From an uncultured Acidimicrobiales bacterium (GTDB lineage Bacteria > Actinomycetota > Acidimicrobiia > Acidimicrobiales > UBA10347), in assembly GCA_943788915.1 (NCBI GenBank), contig CALSSD010000010.1:682001-746000 (forward strand): a stretch of DNA of 64,000 nucleotides. Direction: 5' to 3'. Numbering within the stretch: position 1 is the stretch's first letter; each line of letters opens with the position of its first letter. The notes beneath the pieces are model-generated. The model was not told the DNA's origin, ran no database searches, and worked only from the letters and a program-made list of their open reading frames with translations. The translations under genes and the position numbers were made by a program. Below, piece by piece: positions 20,201 to 28,375 of this stretch.

Positions 20201-20976
20201 TGTATCGACTAGACCTCCAAGACAAGTCAGCAGTCGTCACCGGCGGCGCTTCGGGTATTGGCGAAGCAGCAGCCCGCCAGCTCGCAGCCCTCGGCGCAAA
20301 GGTCGTTATTGCTGACCTAAACGAAGAACTGGGCAATGCAGTTGCTACCGAAATTGGCGGCATGTTCGTCAAGTGCGACGTCACCAGCGAAGAAGATGGC
20401 GCCGCAGTGGTGCTTGCCGCCAACGAGATGGGCCCTATGCGGGCACTCGTGAACTCTGCCGGTATCGGCATGGCTGGTCGCACCATCGACCGCGATAACA
20501 ACCCAATGGATCTGAACATCTTCAAGAAGGTCATCGATATCAACTTGATTGGTTCCTTCAACATGTTGCGGTTGTGCGCCTCGGCGATGGCTAAGACCGA
20601 ACCTGACGAAGACGGCCAGAAGGGCGCCATCGTCAATATGGCGTCGGTTGCCGCATTCGATGGTCAAATCGGCCAGAACAGTTACTCGGCATCAAAGGGC
20701 GGCATCGTGGGCATGACCCTGCCAATCGCTCGTGACTTGGCTGCTGCTGGCATCCGTGTCAACACGATTGCTCCTGGTCTAATCGACACTCCTATCTATG
20801 GCACCGGCGAACAGAGCGACCAGTTCAAGGCTCACCTTGGCAAGTCAGTCCTCTTCCCGCCGCGTCTCGGTTCTGGCGACGAACTGGCGTCGATGGTCAT
20901 GGAACTCATCACCAACCCGTACATGAATGCTGAAACCATCCGAGTTGATGGCGGCATTCGGATGCCACCAAAATAA
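20200..20976 (+). CDS. SDR 3-hydroxyacyl-CoA dehydrogenase (HSD10-like)
   Basis: TGGASGIG, ASVAAFDGQIGQ, YSASKGG, LPIARDLA. Confidence 0.92.
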   Translation: MYRLDLQDKSAVVTGGASGIGEAAARQLAALGAKVVIADLNEELGNAVATEIGGMFVKCDVTSEEDGAAVVLAANEMGPMRALVNSAGIGMAGRTIDRDNNPMDLNIFKKVIDINLIGSFNMLRLCASAMAKTEPDEDGQKGAIVNMASVAAFDGQIGQNSYSASKGGIVGMTLPIARDLAAAGIRVNTIAPGLIDTPIYGTGEQSDQFKAHLGKSVLFPPRLGSGDELASMVMELITNPYMNAETIRVDGGIRMPPK

Positions 20977-21731
20977 TGAGCGACGAAGCTGCAGTACTGA
21001 CCGAGGCCCGAGGCCGGGTGTTGCTGATCACCTTGAATCGCCCCGAGGCGATGAACGCGATCAACGGCGCACTGTCGAATGGCCTGGTCGCAGCGATCCA
21101 AGAACTCGACAGCAACCCGGCGTACACCGTTGGTGTGCTTGCTGGCAACGGTCGGGGCTTCAGCGCTGGCATGGATCTCAAAGCGTTCGCTGCTGGTGAA
21201 GACATCGGCCCCTTGATGGAGTTCATCAAGAACGGCTCCGAGAAGCCACTCATTGGTGCTGTCGAGGGCTTCGCTCTTGCTGGCGGCCTCGAGATGGCAC
21301 TCACCTGTGACCTTTTGGTCGCTGCCGAGGGCGCCAAGCTTGGTATCCGCGAGGTCAAGGTCGGTCTGTTCGCAGCCGGCGGTGGCTTGCAGCGGCTACC
21401 GAGTCGGGTCGGCTTCAGCAGGGCAATGGAGATGGCCATCACTGGCGACCCCATCTTGGCCGAAGAAGCGAAAGAGGCGGGCATGGTTGCGCGTGTTGCC
21501 CCCAAGGGTGAAGCCGTCAATGTTGCTCTCGAGCTTGCCGAGGCAGTAGCGGTTAACGCTCCACTCGCAGTCGCGGCTTCGAAGAAGCTCATCTGGACGG
21601 CTACCGACAAACCCGAGGCAGAGTTCTGGCCAGTTCAGAACTCGCTCATGGGTGTGTTCAAGTCCAACGACGCAAAAGAAGGCCCTCGGGCCTTCGCCGA
21701 AAAGCGTGCCCCCGAATGGACCGGCACCTGA
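20976..21731 (+). CDS. Enoyl-CoA hydratase (crotonase)
   Basis: LNRPEAMNAI, FSAGMDLKA, LAGGLEMALTCD. Confidence 0.93.
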   Translation: MSDEAAVLTEARGRVLLITLNRPEAMNAINGALSNGLVAAIQELDSNPAYTVGVLAGNGRGFSAGMDLKAFAAGEDIGPLMEFIKNGSEKPLIGAVEGFALAGGLEMALTCDLLVAAEGAKLGIREVKVGLFAAGGGLQRLPSRVGFSRAMEMAITGDPILAEEAKEAGMVARVAPKGEAVNVALELAEAVAVNAPLAVAASKKLIWTATDKPEAEFWPVQNSLMGVFKSNDAKEGPRAFAEKRAPEWTGT

Positions 21732-21734
21732 TCT

Positions 21735-21769
21735 GAAAAGTTATCTTCCCCTGGGGAAGATAACTTTTC
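21735..21769. repeat. Perfect 17-1-17 palindrome, family B, between convergent genes
   Basis: GAAAAGTTATCTTCCCC-T-GGGGAAGATAACTTTTC. Confidence 0.85.
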
Positions 21770-21844
21770 GAAGGCCTGATTGCTGGGTCTCGCCATTGCG
21801 GCGAGGCCCAGTCGTCGTTTTGTGTCGTTCGAGTGCGTGGTGGA

Positions 21845-22390
21845 TCAGCGTTCGACGACGACTCGGCCGGCTTGGATCACGTGGCTGAACGCTGTTTCCG
21901 GCTTTGAGAAGGCGCCCAAGTCTTCGAGAGGGTTCACATGCGATACGACAACGTCACCGTAGGCGCCGGGCGTCAGCACGCCGATCTTGCCCTGTAGTTG
22001 ACAGAGCTCGGCCGTTGTTTGCCACATGGACCGCAACACGTCGACGGCAGGTTCTACCTGGTGTCGAATCGCAAGTTCACGGTTCTGGCGAACCTGGGTT
22101 TCGCCGATCAGGTCGGTGCCAAATGCCATGGTCACGCCGTTGCTTCGGGCGACCTCGAGCGATGCAAGCCCAGCCTGATAGACCTTGGTGTTCTTGCGGC
22201 GGTTTGTCTCGGGGAGGCCGAGTTTCTCGCCGACATCCTCCATGGCCTCATAGGTGACCAAGGTAGGTACCAACACTGCGCCGTGGGTGGCCATAGTGGT
22301 GGCTGCATCGTTGTCGAGCATGTTGCCGTGTTCGATGGTGTGGACCCCAGCGCCGATTGCCAGCGAAATCGATTCGGGGGAGTAGGCGTG
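21845..22390 (-). pseudogene. C-terminal half of a prolidase-like metal-dependent amidohydrolase (N-terminus missing)
   Basis: HAYSPESISLAIGAGVHTIEHGNML...VPTL...AFGTDL...GAYGDVVV; similarity starts abruptly at HAY and an in-frame stop lies upstream. Confidence 0.7.
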
Positions 22391-22560
22391 GCGAAGAGCG
22401 CTTCGACGATCGTGGCCGTGCGTCTGCAGCGCGCTGCTGGGTTGGACACGTCGCCGCGGCGGCGCTGGACGGATGCCGAACAGTTTCTATTCCCGCATTG
22501 TTCGTGACATGTGTCGGTGCGACAAGGGTTGCCAGAAGGTGGGCCGCATGGTTAGATGGT

Positions 22561-22600
22561 GTATGTAATTACATAATTACATACTTACACAACTACATAA
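22561..22600. promoter_or_regulatory. AT-rich operator-like array: 10-4-10 dyad plus four 8-bp tandem repeats
   Basis: GTATGTAATT-acat-AATTACATAC; TAATTACA TAATTACA TACTTACA CAACTACA. Confidence 0.6.
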
Positions 22601-22698
22601 ATACCCAACTTTCTGCCAAGGATTCTATGCACCCCCGTTATGCACACGCTCAGCAGGCTCGAGCACATCGCCTGGGCCACAACCGAAAGGACGCACAC

Positions 22699-23282
22699 AT
22701 GCCACAAGGACAAGGACAAGGACAAGGACGAGGACGCGGACGCGGTCGCGGTCGTCAGGCCGAACCCACCCCAACCACCGTCCACGAACTCAGCGCCTGG
22801 TTCGCCGGCAATATTGCCGATGACTGGTTCACCGAACCGGCGAGCATCACATTTGACCGCGACGAGATTGTTGTCAGTGGTGCATTGCCTATGCCGAAGA
22901 TCGATGTCGAAGCCGACGCGACCATCGCCGCCAACGAACGAATGAACAGCTTCCGCCTCACCACCCGCGATGACCGCATCGCAATCGCGGCTCGGGCTGA
23001 AGCTCACTTCCAGCGCAAGGTGTCCTGGGCCGTTACGTTTGCGGCGCTGAGGCCATGGACTACACCGTGGCCAGCGTGCCGGTTATGACTCGCCTCCACA
23101 TGGAAGAACGCCAACTGCTTGACACGCTCATCGACGCGGGCGTCGCCCGCTCGCGTAGCGAAGCACTTGCATGGGCAGTGCGATTGGTCGCAGACAACGA
23201 AGCCGAGTGGATCGACAAACTTCGCAACGCCATGAGCGAAGTGCAAGAACTCCGCAACGAAGGCCCCGCATCTAGGAAATGA
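22699..23282 (+). CDS. Actinobacterial hypothetical protein with predicted C-terminal ribbon-helix-helix domain; frameshift near 23039
   Basis: GAAAGGA RBS; WFAGNIADDWF...DRDEIVV; after the frame change VPVMTRLHMEERQLLDTLIDAGVARSRSEALAWAV. Confidence 0.7.
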
Positions 23283-23472
23283 AATAGCGCGAACGAACCG
23301 AAGGGACGTGTATCTGAAGGCTCCGCTGATAGGTCGAGGAACGAGACTTTGCTGGTGGCTCTAAAGCAAACGAGCCAGGTAGTTCCTGTGCGGTGTGAGG
23401 AAGGAACGAAAGCTTGGGGCCGACTCGCTTATCTATCCGCTCGGCCCGTTGGTGCACGTCCCTTCATCGCTG

Positions 23473-24399
23473 TCAGGCGCGAGATGGGACGGCCACCGGC
23501 ACCAGATCTTCGGCCACGACAACGTCGTTGTGGAACTGGCTGGCTTCGTCGCCCATGACTGAGGCGTCGGGGTAACGGGCCGAGAAATGGGTCAGGACCA
23601 GACGCCGTGCACCGGCCGCAGCTGCGAGTTCACCAGCCTGACGAGCAGTCATGTGCCGGTATTCGGCGGCAAGCGGTGCGTGTTCATGAAGATAGGTGGA
23701 CTCGGAAACGAGCAAGTCGACGCCATCGGCGAGCTCGAGCGCACCATCACACATGACCGTGTCCATGACGAACGCCATGGATTGGCCTTTGCGAGTAATG
23801 GTCACGTCGTCGCGAGTCACCCGTCCGTTGGGTCCGTCGAACCAGCCTTGCTCGAGCAGAACACCCACGTCTGGGCCGCCGATGCCGGTCTTGGCGAGCC
23901 GTTCTGGGACCACAGACAGGCCGTCGGGTTCGTCGAGTCGGTAGCCGTAGGTTGTGCAGCGATGCTCAAGCGGAACTGCCCGCAATGTGAGATCGCCAAG
24001 TCTGCCGATGACCCCGGGGCCATCGATCGGCTGAGGGGCAACTGCGCTGACATCGTGGGAGATCGATGCATGACGCATGCGTTCGAAGTACTGCACGCCG
24101 TCTCCGGGAAAGAAGATCGGTAACGGTTTGACGGTCGCCGCCGTGGTGCGGTTGTCAAAGGAACGTCGCTGGATTACGCCGGGAAGCCCCAGGCAGTGGT
24201 CGCCATGAAAATGGGTGACGCAGACCGCAGTAGCGCGGGCGATCGACACTCCAGCACGGGTGCATTGGCGTTGCGTGCCCTCGCCAGGATCGAACAGAAT
24301 CAGTTGGTCGTCCCAACGCAGTGCGTAACTGTTGTGGGACCGACGGCGTGTCGGCAGCTGGCTTGCCGTACCCAACACAACCATCTCCCGTGCACTCAT
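23473..24399 (-). CDS. rnz: Ribonuclease Z
   Basis: LGTASQLPT, DPGEGTQRQ, THFHGDH, ESTY, HMTARQAG, THFSARY. Confidence 0.95.
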   Translation of the reverse strand: MSAREMVVLGTASQLPTRRRSHNSYALRWDDQLILFDPGEGTQRQCTRAGVSIARATAVCVTHFHGDHCLGLPGVIQRRSFDNRTTAATVKPLPIFFPGDGVQYFERMRHASISHDVSAVAPQPIDGPGVIGRLGDLTLRAVPLEHRCTTYGYRLDEPDGLSVVPERLAKTGIGGPDVGVLLEQGWFDGPNGRVTRDDVTITRKGQSMAFVMDTVMCDGALELADGVDLLVSESTYLHEHAPLAAEYRHMTARQAGELAAAAGARRLVLTHFSARYPDASVMGDEASQFHNDVVVAEDLVPVAVPSRA

Positions 24400-24516
24400 G
24401 GCGGAGCACGATAGGGCAACTTGGGCCACCCGTCGTGTGACTAATGGCTGCAGGGCCTCGATGTTGTCGAATCTCGGCTCATGGTGTTCGCACGGCTTCC
24501 GATACTCTTGGTGGTG

Positions 24517-25458
24517 ATGCAGATACTTACAGACGGCGTCGATCGCGTGCCCGAAGGTGTCGCCACCGCCGTATCGGTTGGGGCCTACGACGGCATCCAT
24601 CAAGGCCATCGCACCGTGCTTGGGGCCCTGTCCAGATTGGCCGCCGAACGGGACCTTGCTCCTGGCGTGGTCACCTTCGATCAACACCCGGCATCGGTCC
24701 TTCGCCCCGAGAACGCCCCATTACTTCTGACCGATCACGAGCAGCGCATCGACCTGTTCACCGAGATCGGTATCGACTACCTCTACCTGTTGCAGTTCAA
24801 TGAGCAGCGTGCCGAAACCAGCGACCGCGACTTCGTGGCCGACGTGTTGGTCGATCGCATGAACGCCAAACTCATCGTGGTGGGTAGCAACTTCCACTTC
24901 GGCAAGGCCCGCAGCGGCAGTGTCGACTCGTTGCGGGACTTTGGCGATGAGATGGGTTTTGAAGTTATTGGCATGGATCTGTTCGCCGAAGACGACGCCG
25001 TCGAGCCCGTGTCGTCGACGGTGATCCGTCGTGCTCTGGCAGGCGGCGATATCGCTGCAGCGAACGCCATGCTGGGGCGAGCGTACGAAGTCCGGGGCCA
25101 AGTGATCCAGGGTGATCAACGAGGTCGCACTATTGGCTTCCCCACGGCGAACGTGGCGTTTAAGCCAGGTCAGGCCTGGCCTGCTCAGGGGGTGTACGCC
25201 GCATGGGCGACCCTCGACGACGGTCGGCGCGTGCCTGCTGCCGTCAATATCGGCATGCGGCCGACCTTTCATCAGCACGCTGAGCAGCCGCTGCTCGAGG
25301 CGCACCTGATCGACTTCGACGAAGATCTGTATGGCCAGAAGTTGCGGGTCGAGTTTGTGGACTTCTTGCGCAGCGAACGCCGCTTTGCTGGGATCGACGA
25401 GATCTCGGAGCAACTGAAGAAGGACGTCGACAACGCCCGGACTGTTCTTCGGGGCTGA
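24517..25458 (+). CDS. ribF: Bifunctional riboflavin kinase / FAD synthetase
   Basis: GAYDGIHQGH, VSSTVIR, GRTIGFPTAN, NIGMRPTF, EAHLIDF. Confidence 0.95.
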   Translation: MQILTDGVDRVPEGVATAVSVGAYDGIHQGHRTVLGALSRLAAERDLAPGVVTFDQHPASVLRPENAPLLLTDHEQRIDLFTEIGIDYLYLLQFNEQRAETSDRDFVADVLVDRMNAKLIVVGSNFHFGKARSGSVDSLRDFGDEMGFEVIGMDLFAEDDAVEPVSSTVIRRALAGGDIAAANAMLGRAYEVRGQVIQGDQRGRTIGFPTANVAFKPGQAWPAQGVYAAWATLDDGRRVPAAVNIGMRPTFHQHAEQPLLEAHLIDFDEDLYGQKLRVEFVDFLRSERRFAGIDEISEQLKKDVDNARTVLRG

Positions 25459-25503
25459 CGCCCGGCTTCTGGCCGCAGCGTGAACGTGCTCCCGGCACAG
25501 CGT

Positions 25504-25534
25504 TTGACTTCAAGCATGCTTGAAGTCGTAAAGT
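25504..25534 (+). promoter_or_regulatory. MerR/SoxR-type promoter for riboflavin synthase
   Basis: -35 TTGACT (25504-25509), 19-bp spacer, -10 TAAAGT (25529-25534); perfect 22-bp palindrome GACTTCAAGCATGCTTGAAGTC (25506-25527). Confidence 0.7.
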
Positions 25535-25596
25535 CGGCGATTCCGATACCTACCTGCACACAGCACCCTGCACCCATCACGTCTAGGAGTAGTTCC

Positions 25597-26172
25597 ATGT
25601 TCACCGGCATCGTCGAAGAACTCGGCACCATCAAGTCCATCGAAGGCTCCAAGGTCCGTATTGGCGCGACCAAAGTGCTGGAGGATGTGCAGATGGGCGC
25701 TTCCACAGCTGTCAACGGATGTTGTCTTACCGTTGTTGCGTGGGGTGATGACTGGTGGGAAGCCGATGTGTCCGACGAGACCTTCGCCCGCACGAACCTC
25801 GGCGCTCTTTCGCCTGGCGACCCGGTCAACCTCGAACGGCCGGTCCGGCTCATGGATCGTTTGGGCGGCCATGTCGTGCAGGGCCATGTCGATGCCGTGG
25901 GCACGATCGTCAATCCAGCGCCCGATCTTCGAGTTTCGATGGATACGGCGCTCACCCGCTACGTGGTCGAGAAGGGTTCGATCACCGTCGACGGCATCTC
26001 GCTCACTGTGGTCGACGCGCTCGACGATGGGTTCACCTGCGCGATCATTCCACACACCGAAGATGTGACCACGCTGGCCCACAAGAAGGTCGGCGACTCC
26101 GTCAACCTCGAAGTCGACATGATGGCCAAGTACGCCGAGAAACTCCTGGCTGGGCATCTAAGCAACGACTAA
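25597..26172 (+). CDS. ribE: Riboflavin synthase (alpha chain; called ribC in E. coli)
   Basis: MFTGIVEE N-terminus, GCCLTV, VNLER, GGHVVQGHVD, KGSITVDGISLT; AGGAG RBS. Confidence 0.95.
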   Translation: MFTGIVEELGTIKSIEGSKVRIGATKVLEDVQMGASTAVNGCCLTVVAWGDDWWEADVSDETFARTNLGALSPGDPVNLERPVRLMDRLGGHVVQGHVDAVGTIVNPAPDLRVSMDTALTRYVVEKGSITVDGISLTVVDALDDGFTCAIIPHTEDVTTLAHKKVGDSVNLEVDMMAKYAEKLLAGHLSND

Positions 26173-26226
26173 TCCAACCGTCGATTGCTCTTGGTGCGGT
26201 CGTATGTCACGTAGGGCCGATCTCGC

Positions 26227-26257
26227 TTGACTTCAAGTGTGGTTTAAGTTTTACGCT
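26227..26257 (+). promoter_or_regulatory. Second MerR/SoxR-type promoter, for ribBA-ribH
   Basis: -35 TTGACT (26227-26232), 19-bp spacer, -10 TACGCT (26252-26257); imperfect dyad ACTTCAAG-tgtg-GTTTAAGT. Confidence 0.65.
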
Positions 26258-26311
26258 GCTCCGATGCCCACACAAGTAGGTGTTGAACACAACACCAGCG
26301 ACAATGGTCGT

Positions 26312-27544
26312 ATGACTGACATCGTGCTCGATTCCATCGATGAAGCACTGGCCGAATTCGCCAAGGGTGAGATCGTTATCGTCGTCGACGACGAAGACCG
26401 CGAGAACGAAGGCGACCTGATCATGGCCGCTGAGTTTGCGACTCCCGAGAAGATCGCCTTCTTCGCCAAGGAAGCTTCGGGCCTGATCTGCCTGTCAATG
26501 ACCGGTGAGCGGCTCGACGAGCTCGACCTGCCCCAGATGGTGCAGCGCAACGACGAAGCGATGCGCACGGCATTCACCGTGAGCATCGACTATCGCCACG
26601 GAACCACCACCGGCATGTCGGCGTCGGACCGGTCGGCCACACTCACCAAGGCCGTCGATCCCGACGTGATGCCTTCGGACTTCTCCCGTCCCGGTCATAT
26701 CTTCCCGCTGCGGGCTCGCGAGGGTGGTGTGCTCAAACGAGCAGGTCACACCGAGGCCGCAATCGACCTGTGCATGCTCGCTGGGCTAAAGCCAGGTGGC
26801 GTGCTCGTCGAGGTGGTCAACGAAGATGGCACCATGGCTCGTTTGCCGCAACTGCGCGAGTTCGCCGACCTGCACGGACTCAAGCTCATCAGCATCGCGG
26901 ATCTGATTCGTTATCGCCGTCGCACCGAGAAGCTTGTGCGTCGCGTCAGCGAAGGGCGTATCCCGACCAAGTACGGCGACTTCAAAGCGATCGCCTTCGA
27001 ATCGTTACTCGATGGCGTGGAGCATGTGGCCTTCGTCATGGGGGATCCAGCTGAGGCCGAAGATGTCCTGGTGCGCGTGCACAGCGAGTGCCTGACAGGT
27101 GACATCTTTGCCTCGATGCGTTGCGACTGCGGCGCCCAGCTCGATGGAGCGATGGCGAAGATCGGCGAGGCCGGCACTGGGATCGTTGTGTATCTCCGAG
27201 GGCAAGAAGGCCGTGGCATTGGACTTGGTCACAAACTACGGGCCTATGAGCTGCAAGATGGTGGGCTCGATACGGTCGATGCCAACACCGAACTGGGCTT
27301 GCCGGTCGACAGCCGAGAATACGGCATCGGGGCACAGATCCTGGTTGATCTGGGCGTGAAGTCGATGAAGCTGATGACCAACAATCCGTCGAAGTTCGGT
27401 GGCCTTGCTGGGTACGACTTCGAGATCACCGGACGCGAGCCGATCGTGATCGAACCGAACGACGAGAACATCCGCTACCTCACAACCAAACGCGAGCGCA
27501 TGGGCCACCTTGGTGAGTTCGACGACGCAGTAGGCGACGCCTGA
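26312..27544 (+). CDS. ribBA: Bifunctional DHBP synthase / GTP cyclohydrolase II (alternative in-frame start at 26264)
   Basis: DDEDRENEGD, RPGHIFPL, GHTEA, RVHSECLTGD, RCDCG, QEGRGIGL. Confidence 0.95.
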   Translation: MTDIVLDSIDEALAEFAKGEIVIVVDDEDRENEGDLIMAAEFATPEKIAFFAKEASGLICLSMTGERLDELDLPQMVQRNDEAMRTAFTVSIDYRHGTTTGMSASDRSATLTKAVDPDVMPSDFSRPGHIFPLRAREGGVLKRAGHTEAAIDLCMLAGLKPGGVLVEVVNEDGTMARLPQLREFADLHGLKLISIADLIRYRRRTEKLVRRVSEGRIPTKYGDFKAIAFESLLDGVEHVAFVMGDPAEAEDVLVRVHSECLTGDIFASMRCDCGAQLDGAMAKIGEAGTGIVVYLRGQEGRGIGLGHKLRAYELQDGGLDTVDANTELGLPVDSREYGIGAQILVDLGVKSMKLMTNNPSKFGGLAGYDFEITGREPIVIEPNDENIRYLTTKRERMGHLGEFDDAVGDA

Positions 27545-28051
27545 TGGCGGTCGGCTCACTCCCAGCGCCCGACCCGTCTGCCGGCGGCGTCTGCGGTAGT
27601 CACAACGGCTCCGATCTTCGAATCGCAATCGTCACTGCTCGATGGAACGACCATTTGACTGGTCGACTGCTCGACGGCGCTCGTCGGGCCTATGACCACT
27701 GCTCAATTCCGCACGAAGCGGTGACCGAAGTGTGGGCGCCCGGTTCCTTTGAGCTGCCGCTTGTGTGTCAACAGCTTGCTGGTAGCGGCGAGTTTGACGC
27801 GGTGATTGCGATTGGCGTCGTGGTCCGAGGCGAAACCACCCACTACGACATCGTGAGCGAGGCCGCGGCAGTGGGCGTTCGTGAAGCGGCTTCGTCGACA
27901 GGTGTGCCCGTGATCTTCGGCGTGCTCACCACCGAGAACGAGGATCAGGTGTTGGCTCGCGCTGGCGATGACGACACCAATAAGGGCTTTCGAAGCAGTT
28001 GTGACAGCAGTCGAGATGGCCACGCTGCTCCGCAAACTTCCCGGAGCCTGA
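27544..28051 (+). CDS. ribH: 6,7-dimethyl-8-ribityllumazine synthase, frameshift near 27990
   Basis: ARWN, PGSFELP, GVVVRGETTHYD, PVIFGVLT; canonical end NKGF/EAVVTAVEMA...* in a shifted frame. Confidence 0.9.
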
Positions 28052-28375
28052 GCGACCAGCCAACTGGCCTCGGCCCAGAGATCCTGTAAACGGCTGCGAC
28101 GGTTGAAAAATCGATCTGATTGTTGGGAAACTCTCGCGACCCACGGGGAAACCCTGGGGATTTCACCGACCGGATTGACGTGACGTAGCTCATAGGGATG
28201 ACACGCGTCACCGACACGGTGGGTTGGCCGAGCAAGTTGACGTGCCGGAAGCGCAGTAACGAAACAGGGCAAGGGGCAACTCGAACCACGTGGACCTGCA
28301 CCAGGTGCTCCATCCAAGAGGGACTCCGTGAATCTCAGGAACTCGCAGCACGGCCTCTTCGGTACGATCGGAGGT

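Noticed and set aside
25459..25596. Possible FMN riboswitch or ribD remnant before riboflavin synthase
   Set aside because: No AGGGCGGGGUG(A/C)AAUUCCC-type core and no RibD motifs; the region is explained by the MerR-type promoter
27985..27995. Programmed frameshifting in ribH and other split genes
   Set aside because: No shared slippery heptamer or stimulatory structure; the pattern fits sequencing indels
28320..28360. AATCTCAGG resembling the glycine riboswitch CUCUCAGG motif
   Set aside because: The upstream GGAGA and CCGAAG elements are not found, and the downstream gene appears to have its own -10 just before the ATG
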